Assembly: GCA_028826165.1 (NCBI GenBank)
Contig: JAPDFW010000092.1
Location: 744,001 to 808,000 of the forward strand
DNA: 64,000 nucleotides
Direction of reading: 5' to 3'
DNA from: Anaeramoeba ignava BMAN
Lineage: Eukaryota; Protista; Anaeramoebae
The position numbers and the translations under genes were made by a program. Within the stretch, counting starts at the first letter, position 1, and each line of letters begins with the position of its first letter. Shown here piece after piece: positions 1-16,672 of the stretch. The notes beneath the pieces are model-generated. The model had not been told where the DNA came from and did not search any database. It saw nothing but the letters and a program-made list of their open reading frames with translations.

Positions 1-1542
1 TATGCAAACATGAAAATGATATTAATTTTGAAAGAGTTCCAACAAGAAGTTTATTTTTTGTTTTTTTCTGCTCTTCTTTTCTTAAAGCTAAATTACATTT
101 TAGAACATTTATTATTTAATATTTATATTTATATTTTTTTTTAGAAAGAAAATTTACAATCAATTTTTTGAATGAAATGATTTTCGAATTGATTAATTTT
201 AATTTCTCTAATTCCTGAAATTATTGATTTAAGAATTTCCATTTGTTCGTGTGAAATTTTTGAATGAGAATTCATTTTATAAAATTGAGTGTCAACAAGA
301 AAACTGAGCAATATAAAGATTAAGATTATTCCAATTCCTAGAATTTTTAATTCAATTTAATATTCAATTAAATATTCAATTCAATATTCAATTCAATTCA
401 ATATTCAATTCAATATTCAATTCAATATTCAATTCAATTTAATATTTAATTCAATATTCAATTCAATTCAATTTAATATTTAATTCAATATTCAATTCAA
501 TTCAATTTAATATTTAATTCAATATTCAATTATTTACCAACTAATCCAAAAACTCCAATTTCAAGTATTATTAAAGTCAATGCAACAATTGCAGATAAAG
601 GTTTAATCCATAATAGATTATAATTATAATTATATGAAAGTAAATAATTTCCTAAAAGTAGTTGTTTAAACACTGCATAAAAATTTGGTTCTAAAAGAAT
701 TTTTGAATAAAACATTTTCTCAGATATTGTAACTAGAACTGTTCCATAAAGCTTTTCCAATTTTTAAATTAATTTTCCAATTTTTAAATTAATTTTCCAA
801 TTTTTAAATTATTTTTCCAATTTTTAAATTAATTTTCCAATTTTTAAATTATTTTTCCAATTTTTAAATTGTTTTTTACTTTTATTCCATTAATAATTGT
901 TTTATGTATATAATGTTCATTTGATAAATCTCCAATTAATGTAAACAAAAATAAGCATATAATAATTACAACTTTCATTGGTATTGTATCTTTATTATCA
1001 ACAATATAATTAATTCTTTTATTTTATTTTATTTTATTAAGAAAATTCCTTAATTAAAATCCAATCCAATTCCTTTTTTCTTTTTCAAATCAAATTTTTT
1101 ACAACAAAATTATAAACAAATATCTTAAATATAATGAAACTTCATAACAAAATTTTAAAAATCCACTAAAAAAATGTTCTTGAGAAATTAATTTCGTAAC
1201 AGGAATAAATTGTTTTCTAAATTAAATTAAATTAAATTAAATATTTTTGGAAATTGAAAAAAAAGTCGAAAAATTTTCGTTTTTAATTTAAATTTCGAAA
1301 ATTACTTTTTCAAATTTTCTTTAACTTTTTCTTTTATTTCTTTAAAATCAAACATTAAGGGAGAATAAGTGGAAAGAGTTTGAGGAAATAAATTAGTTTC
1401 ATTTCCAATTTTAGTAATATTAGAAAACCAAGAAAATCCAAGTCTATTTTAATTAAAAAAAAATTTTAAATATTAATAATAAAATTATGATCAGAAAAAA
1501 ATCATTTACTTTGAAAAAGTGGATCCAGTTAGCATTTAAAAA
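1..1542 (-). CDS. ABCC/MRP-type ABC transporter, N-terminal part (multi-exon, runs off the window start; 5' end unresolved, frameshifted or degenerate)
   Basis: Exon translations NANWIHF..KLGFSWFSNITKIG (ABCC lasso-like), LLWIKPLSAIVALTLIILEIGVFGLVG and EILKSIISGIREIKINQFENHFIQKID-SLRKEE resemble ABCC TMD1 motifs. GT-AG introns are present, but the frame is not cleanly recoverable. Confidence 0.6.
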
Positions 1543-1979
1543 CTAAACTAAAAAGAAAAAAAATTGAATTTTGTAAAAGAAAAAAATGATTTTTTTTTAT
1601 TAAGAAAAAATTATTTTTTTTTTTAAACATTTCTTCAAAATTGATGAGTCAAAACTTTTTTTTTAATCAATTTTTAAAACAGAAATTAATTTAAATTTAA
1701 TTAGAAATTATTATTAAATTTTGAAAAGGAAAAAATTTTTTTTTCTTTTTTTCTTAATCTTTTTTTATTTCTGATCAATTTTATAATAAATTAAAAATAA
1801 ATTTTCTTTTTCTTTTTCTTTTTTGATTAAAAATTTTTTTGAATTTTGATCCTAATTTATCAATAATAATAAAAAAAAATTTTAAAATAAAAAAAATTAT
1901 CTGTAATTTTGAAATGCTTTTCTGGCATTTTTTTTCTTTTATTTTCAATTATTTTAAATTTAAAAAAAAAAATTTTTAT

Positions 1980-2948
1980 TTATAAGTTTAAATTTGTTTT
2001 TGATTTAAATTTTCTTGAACTTCTTTCAGCAGCTCGATATTCAATATGTTGTCCATAAATTGTAAAAAATTGATTTTGAATTTTTAATCCGAAAATACAT
2101 GATTTTTTAGGGATTGCTTTTTTTGGATTTTAATTTTAATTTTAATTTTAATTTTAATTTGAATTTTAATTTTAATTTTAATTTTTATTTTATATTTTGA
2201 ATTTGAATTTGAATTTTAATTTTTATTTTATATTTAATTTTAATTTTAAATTTTAATTTTAATTTAAATTTTAATTTATATTTATATTTATATTTATATT
2301 TATATTTATATTTAGATTTATATTTATATTTATATTTATAATTGGAATTAAAAAAGACTTACATTTTAATTTATTTTCTTTTGTAATAATTTTAAAAGTT
2401 GATTTCGTTTCTTGTAAAACAATCCCATTAATTCCAATTAAACTTGGACATTTAGATTTAATTACAGTTAAAATACAACCATGAAAATCAGCTCTTGCAA
2501 TTTTAGACAAAATAGATTGTGAGATTTTTTTATCAGAAAGATTGATATCTTGGAATAACTGATCGATATATTGATTCCATAAATGATTTAAAGGAATATA
2601 TTTTAAATATTCAATATTTTCAGGTTGAATTTTATAAATTTGTTTCTTTTTCCTTTCTTTTGAACTTAAAATTTTTCCTGATAAAAATGTTTTTGGATTA
2701 TATGTTTTTTTCCCCATTTTTTGCTTTATTTTGTTTTCCATTTCTTTTTTTACTTCTTTTCTTCCTCTACTTTCTAATTGTATTTGTTTATTTTCAACTT
2801 TTGTTTCTAATATTTTATCAATATCATCTGCATTTGGATTTTCTCGAATAATTTCTTCAATATATTCAGTTACAAAATCTTTTTCTTTTTCTTTTTCTTT
2901 TTCTTTTTCTTTTTGATTTAAATTATCTTCAATTTGAAAATTTTTCAT
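1980..2948 (-). CDS. POP4: RNase P/MRP protein subunit POP4/Rpp29 (2 exons)
   Basis: YIPLNHLWNQYI and ARADFHGCILTVIKSKCPSLIGINGIVLQETKSTF; GTAAG...AAG intron (~2118-2362); exon 2 IPKKSCIFGLKIQNQFFTIYGQHIEYRAAERSSRKFK. Confidence 0.92.
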
Positions 2949-3222
2949 TAAAAATAAAAATTGAAAAAAATGAAAAAAATTTTTTGGTTTTTTTTTTATT
3001 TTTTTGTTTTGTTATTTTTTTTTAAAAAGGAAACAAAATGTTTTAAATTCACAAAGAAAAAAACAAAACAAAAAGTGAACAAAATTCAAAAAAAAAAATT
3101 CAAAAAAAAAATGGAACAAAATTCAAAAAAACAAAATTCAAAAAAAAAAAAATGGAACAAAATTCAAAAAAAAAATGGAACAAAAAAATATTTCAATTTT
3201 TTCACTAATAAAACGATAAAAA

Positions 3223-6200
3223 TCATAATTTAGATTTCATTTCTTGAACTTCACGAATCAATTCAATAAATTGTTGTTTAAATTGTTGTTGTTCCTGAAT
3301 AAGATGAGCGATACCTTCTTGATCAACAGGGGAACAACCAGTAATAAAAGGATGAGAAAGTAATTCAAATAAAGAAAGTCTTTCATTTGGATTTTTTGCC
3401 AAACATTTTGAGAAAAAAGCAGCAGAAACACTATCAGTTTCAGATAAATTAAAAGCAAGAGGATGATCACTTGCGATTTCAATAAGAGCTTGTTCAGGAT
3501 CATCACGAGAAAAATAGAATCTACCAAGATATATTTCAAGAGCAATTAATCCAAAAGCCCAAACGTCAATTTCTAAATTTGCAAAAGGTCGTGAATATTT
3601 TTCTGGTTCTAATAGATATCTTGCTACTTCAGGTGCACAATAAAATGTTGAATATTTTGTAATTGGTTCGCCAATGGTTTGGCATGTATCTAATCCAACA
3701 AGTTTCCATCGTGATATTTTTTTGTCTTCAGAAAATTCAACGAATTTTTTAGGATTAAGACAACCATGAACGAATCTTAATAATTTAATATTTTTGATTT
3801 AATTTAATTTAATTTAATTTAATTTAATATTTTTAATTTAATTTAATTTTTTATATTTAATATTTTATATTTAATTTAATATTTTAATATTTTAATATTT
3901 TAATATTTAATATTTAATATTTTAATATTTTTGATTTAATTTGATTTAATATTTTAATATTTTAATATTTTAATATTTAATATTTTAATATTTTAATATT
4001 TTAATATTTTAATATTTAATTTAATATTTTTGATTTAATTTGATTTAATATTTTAATATTTATTTTATAAACCTTTTAGAATTTAACCAAACAAGTGAAT
4101 TTAAAAATGATTTCAAAACATATCGAATTTCAAAAATCTCTAAATGCGTATCATCTTTCTTATTTCTCAAAATTAAATCTTGTATTGAAGTTTTCCCACC
4201 TTCTAATATCAAATAATGAACATCACTTGGTAAAGAATATTCTTTCAAAACTTCAACAACATATTTTGATTTTAACTTTCTAAGAATAGAAACTTCTCTT
4301 TGATGATCCTTTAATCCACCCGTACGAATTTGGATTGTGATAGTTTTATTTGTTCCTTCGAATTTTGTAATCATTTCTGAAATATTTTCGCGATCCAAAG
4401 ATTCTTCACGAATTTCAAGTGATCTTTCATGCTGAATAGATTTGTGTTGAATTTCTTTTATTTGGTTAATAATTTCTAGTATATCTAATGAATCTCCTAT
4501 TGAAAGACCCATCATATTCAAATGCTGAGCATCAAGCAATAAAAATCGTCTTCCATTAATATCGTTTTGATGGAAAACATCAACTAAATGGTTGAATTGA
4601 GTTCCGCCGAGAAAAGAACATAATTCGTTTGTATTCCAATCGGAAACCTTTCTTTTCAGAATTAAATCAACATCAAAATCTACTGATGTCGGAATAGAGT
4701 TTATATTTTGGGAATCAGAACTAAATTGAGGTATTTCTTCAAACTCTTTTTCTGAAGTATAAAATTTCGGGAGAGGATGATTCCTTAAAACTTCTTTTGT
4801 GTTTGCGTTGATTAAGTTTTGATCAATTATTTGATCGCCATCGTCGCTTTCTTGTATTAATTCGTTAAGAGAATTTGTGTTCAGCATATTTTTGTCAATC
4901 GGAATATTTTGATTTTCTTCATATCCGTTTTGATTGCCAGAATTGATGATCATATTTTGATTTATATTGTTTCGCTTTATGTTACTATTTTTTATTTTTG
5001 AGAATCCGTAAATTGGATCATTTTCGCTATTTTTAGAATTATTATTTGGGCTTTTTTTGGGACTTTGGATTTGATTTTGATTTTGATTTTGATTTTGATT
5101 TTGATTTATATTTTGATTTATATTTTGATTTATATTTTGATTTTGGTTTTGGTTTTGGTTTTGATTTGGGCTAATATTCGAGTTCAAATTCATGCTTTTA
5201 TTAATTAATTTTGGTGATTCTAAAACTTGCGTATTTTTTTCTATAATTTGACTTTTAGATCTTTCTTTGAAATCTTTGTCAAGTTTATATAAGTTTAGAT
5301 CTTTTGGAGAACCTTTCAAATATATTCTTTTGCTTTCAACCATTGAGAGACTACGATCACCAACTTTTGATTTTTGGAATTTATTATCGTCTCCGTTTTT
5401 AATAACTGAGCTTTTTTTCTTGAGAAGCATCTTTTCTTTTAATTGTTTTATTGACAAATTTTGTGGATCTTCAAGAAATTCCAATTTCTTTTGATTTTGA
5501 TTTTGAATTTGATTTTGATTTTGGTTTTGAATTTGATTTTGGTTTTGGTTTTGATTTTGATTTTGATAAACGTTTTCTGAATAAATAGGCTGAGGATATT
5601 TATAATAATCCATTTGACTATCATTTTGAGAAAATTGAAAATTATTCACATCAATCATCAAATTCGGATGACTTTTCTTTGATTTGAATGTTTTTTGTGA
5701 TTTTCCATCTTTGGAAGTATTGCGTTTTTCTTTGGAAATTTTTCTGGCTTGATTATTTTCTTCCTGAATGATTTTCCTGTTCAAACTCTCATTGAGTTCT
5801 GATATTTGATTTGAGAAATCCGAGTTTCGAATTTCTTCGATTGTTTTTGAAAATTCAGGTTTTTCTCTTTCCATAACAGCAAGAGAATAGCGCTTGCGTT
5901 TTGAATAAGATTTTGAAGGGCTACTCTTTGATTTTGTGGGATTTCCTGAATATGTTTTATCGATTTGAAGCGGATTTTCTTGTGGATCGCTTGTGAAAAA
6001 AAGCGGATCGCCTTCTGATTCTGTTGTGTTAATAGTTCTTGTATCGATAATATTATCATCGCAAGAATGAGCCATTTTTTCTTCAAAATCTGCGAATTGG
6101 AAAAACGGGTTTTCTCCGTCTTTCAATGTGTTGCTGTTTCTGTTGTAATATCCTGTCAGCGAAATTGTGCTGCTTCTTGCGCTATCTGGATCCATTTTAT

Positions 6201-9200
6201 GGATGTTGATATTTGTAAGTGAATCTTCAATAAGACTTAAATTGTAATTAAGTTGCGAATTCAAATCAAGATTTGTGTTTTTGTTGAATTTTCTGTTTTT
6301 ATATATATTAGAATCGTTTTGGATGGATTTTTTGTTGGAAAAACGATTTGTGCTGTTGTTTTTATTGCTACTTTTGATTTTATCATTTGTATTATTTTGA
6401 TTTTGATTTTTAGTATTTTTATTTGTATTTTTATTTGTATTTTTATTTGTATTTGTAATTCTGTTTTTGCTTTTATTTCGGTTATTCTGTATTTCGTTCT
6501 CGTCTGTATATGGATTTTCGTTTCTGTTTTGATTTCCATCTCCATTCACAATTTGGTTTTGTTTTTGACTCTCGTTTTCATATTGACTTTCATTCTCATT
6601 TTCTGATTGATTTTCGTTTTCATTTTCATTTTCATTTTCATTTGTATTTGAGTCCAAAGTGGGTAAATAAGTCTGGAGTGAATTCATATTCATATTCATA
6701 TTTGCAAGGAATTCGGAGTCGGTTGTGCTTGTCATTTTTGTTTGTAATAAATCGTTTTCGATATTGGTATCGTGGTCGTTTTCCAAAATAACCGAAAAAT
6801 CTTGTTCTTGCAAAAAATTTATAACAGATAAAACACCTTTAGCAACAATTTCTGGAGGAGGAAAGTGCAAGTTTTGATTTGATTCCAAAACCAACTCCTT
6901 CAAGTTTGTGAGCTTTCCCAATTCCGAAGGGAGATGCTCGAGTTTGTTGTTTCTCAACTGGAGCGAAGTGAGACTGGAAAGATTTCCAATTTCGGGACAC
7001 AATCGAGAGATTTTGTTGTTGTTCAGAATTAGAACCCTGAGGTTTAGGAGTTTGCCAATATCCGGCGGCAGTGATTTAAGCCTGTTGTTTTCAACGGAAA
7101 GATATACCAAGTTCGTTATGTATTTTATTGATGAGGGAATCTTTGAAATGGAGTTGCGATCCAAAATTAGTTTTGATATTCTCGACGAAAAATTATGATC
7201 AAATAAAAATTGGGGGATTTCGTTCAGTTTTTTACGGAAAAAATTCATTTCGTTATTCGTGAAAAAATTGGTAAGAGTGCCATCAAATAATTCTTGTTCT
7301 TTTTGGTTGAATTTCTCGATATCAAATTGGAATTCCTCCTTCAATCGCAAGGCGAGTGTAAGAAAGGAAAGAATATTGGACGTGTTTTTTTCAACAATAT
7401 GCGCAGAAGGAAAACGCAATTTTTCGTTTCCTGATGCAGATACAATCTTGATATTTGGCAGCCGCGAGATTTCGGCGGGAATGTAAACAAGTAAGTTGTT
7501 TCTTATAAGCAAATTTTCAAGTGAAATCAAATTTTGGAAAATGGATGAATAACTGATTTCTTGTAAATTGTTTGAATTTAAAGTCCAGTTTTTTCAGTTT
7601 GCTGAATTTTTTGAATTTCTCAGGAAGAACCGCAATTTTGTTCTTTCTTAATATGATCGTCTGAAGGTTTCGCAACTCGCAAAATTCTTCTGAGATTTCT
7701 TTCAGCAAATTGTTTTTCATTTTGAAAATAATTAGTGATTTTTTCAATTGAGAAATTCCTTTTGGAATTGTTTCGATTTTATTGTTTGATAGATCCAATT
7801 CCTTGATTTGATTCATTTGAAAGATGACGGACAAATTTACTGAGTTTCTCAAATCAAATCCAGCCAGTTCAACAACTTGCGGTTGATTTTTTTGTATTTC
7901 TTTTATTTTTGCATTGAATAATTCGACAGATTGCAAAAGTTGAATTTTCTGGTCCTCATCGTTTTGGGTTGTCTGAGAAAGAAGATGGTCGTCCTGGACA
8001 AATTTGTTTTGAGATTGAGTTGGGGAGCGAATATTGGCATGATTAGAATCGTCGTTGTCAAAACTGTTTCTTGAGATATTTGACGTTTGTGTTTGAGGAT
8101 AAGATGTTTTTTCATTGGGCGAATATGAGTTTTTGGGAGAATCAGAATCTTTTGAATTGCGGTCATCTTTTTGTTGGGAGATTTCTTGTTTGCGAATATC
8201 TTGGGATTCGGTGTCAAGACTCTGTTCCTTGATGCTAGATTCTTCAACAGAATCTTCATGATGGTGAGAATTAGAAAGATTTTTTTCTGATCTTAAATAT
8301 TCGAGAATTTCCTTTGTATTTTGGAACTTGGAGATTATTTCGTATTTGGGATCAAGTAAGCTCGTGTTATTTTGGAGTTGAAGCTTTGAAAGTTGGGTCA
8401 TATTTCCGAGTTCCTTTGGCAACTCGATGAGTTCATTGCGGTTCAAATTGAGATCAGTTAATCTTGAAAGTGAATCAAATTTATTCGGTAAATATTTGAG
8501 CATATTTGATTCGATATTAAGACTTGTTAGTGAGGTTAAATTGTGGATATCGCGCGGCAAACGGGAGAGTAAATTCTTGTTCAATGTGAGTATTTGAAGA
8601 GAAGGAAGCTTGCAAATTGAGGAAGGAAGACGAATTATTTTGTTGTTATCCAATTTGAGAATTTTTAAACTTTGAAGATTGCCGATTGTCGTTGGAATTG
8701 TCGGCAATAAGTTGTAGCTCAGATTCAGTGTCTCGAGCTTGACAAATGTTTGTGAGTTTCGAGGAGATGGATCGAAATCCGAAAAAGCATCACTTGTTTC
8801 TGAAAAACCGCCAGATTCAACTGAAGATAAATTGAAATCCGTTTGAAATGAATTCGGCGAATTTATTGATGATTGTGATGAGCTTGAAAATAGGTTTCGT
8901 GGGATTGTTTGCAGAAGATTGTTGTTTAAATGAAGCTCGATTAAATTCGATAAATACCCCAATTTACTTGGAATTAATGAAATCTCATTGTTTGTCAAAT
9001 ACAATTTTTGTAAGTTCACTAGAAATAATACTGTGTTAGGTATTTTTGTCAGTTTGTTGTGGCTTAAATTCAACCGCGTTAAGTTCTTGTGCGCTTCTAC
9101 TGCAAATTTTTCTGGAATTAAGTCGCTGTTCGTTAAGTTTGAAAATGATAAATTTAATTCGTGTTTTTCTTTTTTTTTTCTTGGTTTTTCGTTTTTTATT

Positions 9201-9439
9201 TTGACATTTTTTTCGTTTGTTTCTTCGTTAATTTCGTTTATGTTTGCATCTTTTTCTTTTTTCTTTTTCGTATTTTTGCTTAAATTTGAATTTGAATTTG
9301 AATTTTTATTTTGATTTAAATTTGAATTTGAATTTGAATTTTTGTTTTGATTTAAATTTGAATTCGAATTTGAATTTTTGTTTTGATTTAAATTCGAATT
9401 TTTATTTATTTCTTCATTTATTTCGTTATCTTGTTTCAT
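3223..9439 (-). CDS. Large LRR protein with SAM domain and C-terminal pseudokinase (frameshift near 7580; intron 3776-4072)
   Basis: ORFs 7517-9439 and 4060-7530 join into a continuous LRR (LDLNSNNLQEI) if one T is removed. SAM: VSDWNTNELCSFLGG..FHQNDINGRRFLLLD..LNMMGLSIGD. Kinase-like C-lobe: YCAPE, IDVWAFG, CLAKNPNERLSLFELLSHPF. Confidence 0.85.
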
Positions 9440-9566
9440 TTGTTTGTTTTTTTTTTTCTTCTTTCAATCAAAAAAAAAATAATAAAAAATAAAAAATGAA
9501 AAAAAAAAATTAAAAAAAAAATTTTCCATTTTTCTTTCTTTTCTTTTCTTACAAAATAAATTAAAA

Positions 9567-12665
<3,099 letters not shown>

Positions 12666-12815
12666 GAAGAATAATTTGAAAAAAAAAAGAAAAAAAAGAT
12701 TTTTATCATTTTCTATCATTTAATTGAATTAAGAAAAAGAAAACTTTTTTTTAAATAATCAAACAAATCCAATAAATTTTTCGTTTAAAAATCAAATTAA
12801 ATTTAAAATCAAGTT

Positions 12816-14379
12816 TTATTTATCAACAATTTTAAATAATTCTATTGGTGGAGAAATTCCAAGAACTGGTCCAACAACACTAAGCCAAGAAAGAATATAA
12901 TTTTGAGAATTTTTAATTCCTTGATACATATTCATCATAAATTTTGTTGTTTGACAAGGATGAATAAAATAATAAGGAATTTGAAAAATAGGATGATCCT
13001 AATTAAAAAAAAATCAATATTTAATATTTAATATTTAATATTTCAATTTTATATTTTATATTTTATATTTCAATTTACTATTTTATATTTCAATTTTATA
13101 TTTATTATTTAATATTTTATATTTCAATTTAATATTTAATATTTCAATTTAATATTTCAATTTTATATTTAATATTTTATATTTAATATTTTATATTTCA
13201 ATTTAATATTTTATATTTTATATTTTATATTTCATATTTAATATTTCAATTTAATATTTTATATTTCAATTTTATATTTCAATTTAATATTTAATATTTA
13301 ATATTTTATATTTCAATTTAATATTTTATATTTCAATTTAATATTTAATATTTAATATTTAATATTTAATATTTAATATTTAATATTTCATATTTTATAT
13401 TTCAATTTAATATTTCATATTTTATATTTCAATTTAATATTTCAATTTTATATTTAATATTTAATATTTTATATTTAATATTTCAATTTAATATTTAATA
13501 TTTAATATTTAATATTTTATATTTTATATTTAATATTTAATATTTCAATTTAATATTTCAATTTAATATTTCAATTTAATATTTAATATTTTATATTTCA
13601 ATTTAATATTTCAATTTAATATTTCAATTTAATATTTCAATTTAATATTTTATATTTCAATTTACTTTTCTTGATATAAAATGATATAATTCTTCTTTGG
13701 TAAAAATTTTCAAATAATTTTCTGGAATTTGTTTCCATATTTCTTCAATTTCTAAAAGTCTTCCTTTAGATGTAAATACATTAAAATAAAGAATAGGACA
13801 TTCATAAGTTGGATCAAAAATTATATGAAATTGATAATTATAAAAATCAAATTCTGAAATTGAATTTTGACAAATTGCTTCATCAATTTCATTTTCAAAT
13901 AAATCTTCATCAATTTCATTTTCATCTTCCATATTTTGAATTTGTATTTGATTTTGATTTTGATTTTGATTTTGATTTTCATTTTGATTTAGATTTTGAT
14001 TTTGATTTTGATTTTGATTTTGATTTTGATTTTGATTTTGATTTAGATTTTGATTTTGATTTTGATTTTGATTTTGATTTTGAATTTGAATTTGATTTTG
14101 ATTTTGATTTTGATTTTCATTTTGAATTTGATTTTGATTTTGATTTTGATTTTGATTTTGATTTTGATTTTGTATTTTTCTATGATAATTTGATAAACAA
14201 AGAAAACCATTTGAATATAAATTTTCATTTTGTAAAACATTTTTATCAATAATCCATTCCCAATTAAGCCAATTTTTTTGAGAAATTGAATTTAAAAATA
14301 TTTTTGAAAAATTTTCAAATTGTTTTGCAGAAATTTTATATTGATTATTATTATTATTATTATTATTAAAACAAAGCAT
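12816..14379 (-). CDS. ATG10: Autophagy E2-like enzyme ATG10 (2 exons; intron 12999-13665) with NQ-repeat insertion
   Basis: FHIIFDPTYECPILYF; K|DHPIFQIPYYFIHPCQT (catalytic HPC); YILSWLSVVGP. Confidence 0.9.
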
Positions 14380-14469
14380 TTTAAAAAAAATAAAAAAATG
14401 AATTTTATTTTTATTTTTCAATTTTTCATTTTTTCATTTTTCATTTTTCATTTTTCTTTTGGTTTATTC

Positions 14470-15476
14470 ATGTCAAAATTAAATGTAAGTTATTTTAAAA
14501 ATTAAAAAAAAAAACACAAAAAAAAAAATAATAAAAAAAACTAAAATAATAAAAAAAAAATAATTAAAATTCAGACATTCTTTGTGAATCCAAAACCTTT
14601 TTTAAATTCATTAATTGGAAAAGAAGTAATTGTTAAATTGAAATGGGGGATGGAATACAGAGGAAAATTAGAATCAATGGATAATTATTTAAATATACAA
14701 CTTTTAGAATCAGAAGAATTAATTAGTGAATCAAATTGGGCTCCACTTGGAGAAATTATTATTCGTTGTAATAATATTCTTTATATAAGACAACCGCCAA
14801 TTGAAAAGAAACAAAGAAATGAAGACGATGAAATTGATAAAGAAATGAAGGAAGTTAAAACAAGATTAGAAACTCAAAAACGAGAAAGAGAAGAAAAAGA
14901 AAAAGAAAAAGAAAAAGAAAAAGAAAATCAAAATCAAAATCAAAATCAAAATCAAAATCAAAATCAAAAAGAAATGAAAATTGAAGAAGAAAATCAAAAA
15001 GCATAAAGAAATATCTGAAATTGAAACTAAAAAGGATAATCTTGAAAAGAAAAAAGATATTGAAATTTTAAATGAAAAAAATTTATCTGATAATGAAATG
15101 GAAACTGAACAAAAAGAAGAATCAAAAGAAGAATTAAAAGAAGAATTAAAAGAAGAAGAAAAAGAAGAATCAAAAGAAGAAGAAAAAGAAGAAGAAAAAG
15201 AAGAAGAAAAAGAAGAATCAAAAGAAGAATCAAAAGAAGAATCAAAAGAAAAATCAAAAGAAACCAAAAGAAAAACCAAAAGAAAAATCAAAAGAAAAAT
15301 TAAAAGAAAAAGAAAAAAATAAAAAGTCAAAAGATAAAAAATCAAAAGATAAAAAATCAAAAGATAAAAAATCAAAAGATAAAAAGTCAAAAGATAAAAA
15401 ATCAAAAGATAGACATAGAAGTCATAAAGATAAAAAAAGAGATTCAAAGAGAAAGCATAAAAGAAGAGATGATTAA
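14470..15476 (+). CDS. SNRPF: snRNP core protein SmF with long charged C-terminal extension (intron 14485-14574; as-assembled stop at 15006, extension to 15476 needs two frameshift corrections)
   Basis: [55 protein letters not shown] is the SmF signature. Confidence 0.85.
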
Positions 15477-15812
15477 ATTCATAAAATCATCTTTTAAAAT
15501 TTTCAAAAACAAAAACAAATTCTAAAACAAATTTATTAGAATTTCAAGAATTTAATTTTTCAATTTAAAAAAATTTTTTTTTCCATTTTTTTGATCAAAA
15601 AAAAAAAAATAAAAAGAAATTTCCACAAAATAAATACTTCCAAAATAAAGAATCAAATAAATTCATTCATTAATTCATTAATTCAAATTTAAAAAATAAT
15701 TTTTAATTTTTCATTTTTAATTTTTAATTTTTCATTTTTCATTTTTCATTTTTTTTGTTTGTTTTAAAAAATTTTGAAATTCAATAAATTGAATCAAATA
15801 GAATAAAATAAA

Positions 15813-16332
15813 ATGAAACTAAATATGACTTTTAAACCAGAACCTTGGAGATATTTTGTTCAACATTTTGAATTTCCTTCAATTTCTGAAATTTCAAAAA
15901 GATTTAAAAAAAATATTAATTATTTTTTTCCAAATTATTTTTGGGTTTTTATAACAATTTTCATTTTTGTTTTCATTTCCAATTATAGAATTTTGATTGG
16001 ATTAATTATTCCTTTTGGATTATATTATTATTTCTTTAAAATTAACAAAGAAAAAAATATAATTTTCGATGCAAAAAAAGTATTAATTTTAAACGGATTA
16101 AGTAAAAAAATTTATTTAAAAAAAAAAATCAATTTTTTTAATTGTAAAATTTTATTAAATTTTTTAATCATTTTTCCTCTTATTTTTTATATTAGATTTG
16201 TTTAACATTTTATTAACTTCAATTTTCCCAAATTCTTTATGGATTATTTTATTTATTTCTTTTTTAATTATAATTCATGCTATTTTTCATTCAAATTCAA
16301 AAATTGAAATTGAAAAGAAAAAAAATAAATAA
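15813..16332 (+). CDS. PRA1-family (prenylated Rab acceptor) membrane protein, 2 exons (intron ~16102-16195)
   Basis: PWRYF..FEFPSISEISKRFKKNINYFFPNY followed by hydrophobic helices; C-terminal LIIIHAIFH. Confidence 0.75.
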
Positions 16333-16672
16333 TCAATTAAAAAAATAAAAAAATTAAACATAAATTGAAAATGAACATTTTTACCACTTAATTTTCCTTT
16401 TAAAAAATTTATTAAAATTATTAAACAATTTCCCTTTTTTTTGTTTCCTTTTAACTTTTTCTTTTCTTTTTTGTTTTGCTTTTTGTAATTTATTTTTTTA
16501 TTATTTTTATTTTTTTTTTTGATCATTTTTCATTTTTTTCATTTTTTTTTTCATTTTTTTTTTAGATCAAGTTTTTTTCATATTTTTTTCTTTTAAATAA
16601 CAAAACAAATTCTTTTATTTTCTTCTCTCTTTTTTATCATTATTATTATTATTATCAAATTAACTGGCAAAA

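Noticed and set aside
530-760. TMEM184/Ost-alpha similarity of the WIKPLSAIVALTL segment
   Set aside because: Flanking exons (FSWF lasso, SGIREIK..FE) fit the ABCC transmembrane domain better.
7517-7590. Programmed ribosomal frameshifting (also ~15000, ~15260, ~33030, ~35910, ~43960, ~52480, ~63030)
   Set aside because: The shifts go in both directions, mostly lie in or near A/T homopolymers, and share no slippery-plus-stop motif. Long-read indel errors are the simpler explanation; short-read polishing would decide.
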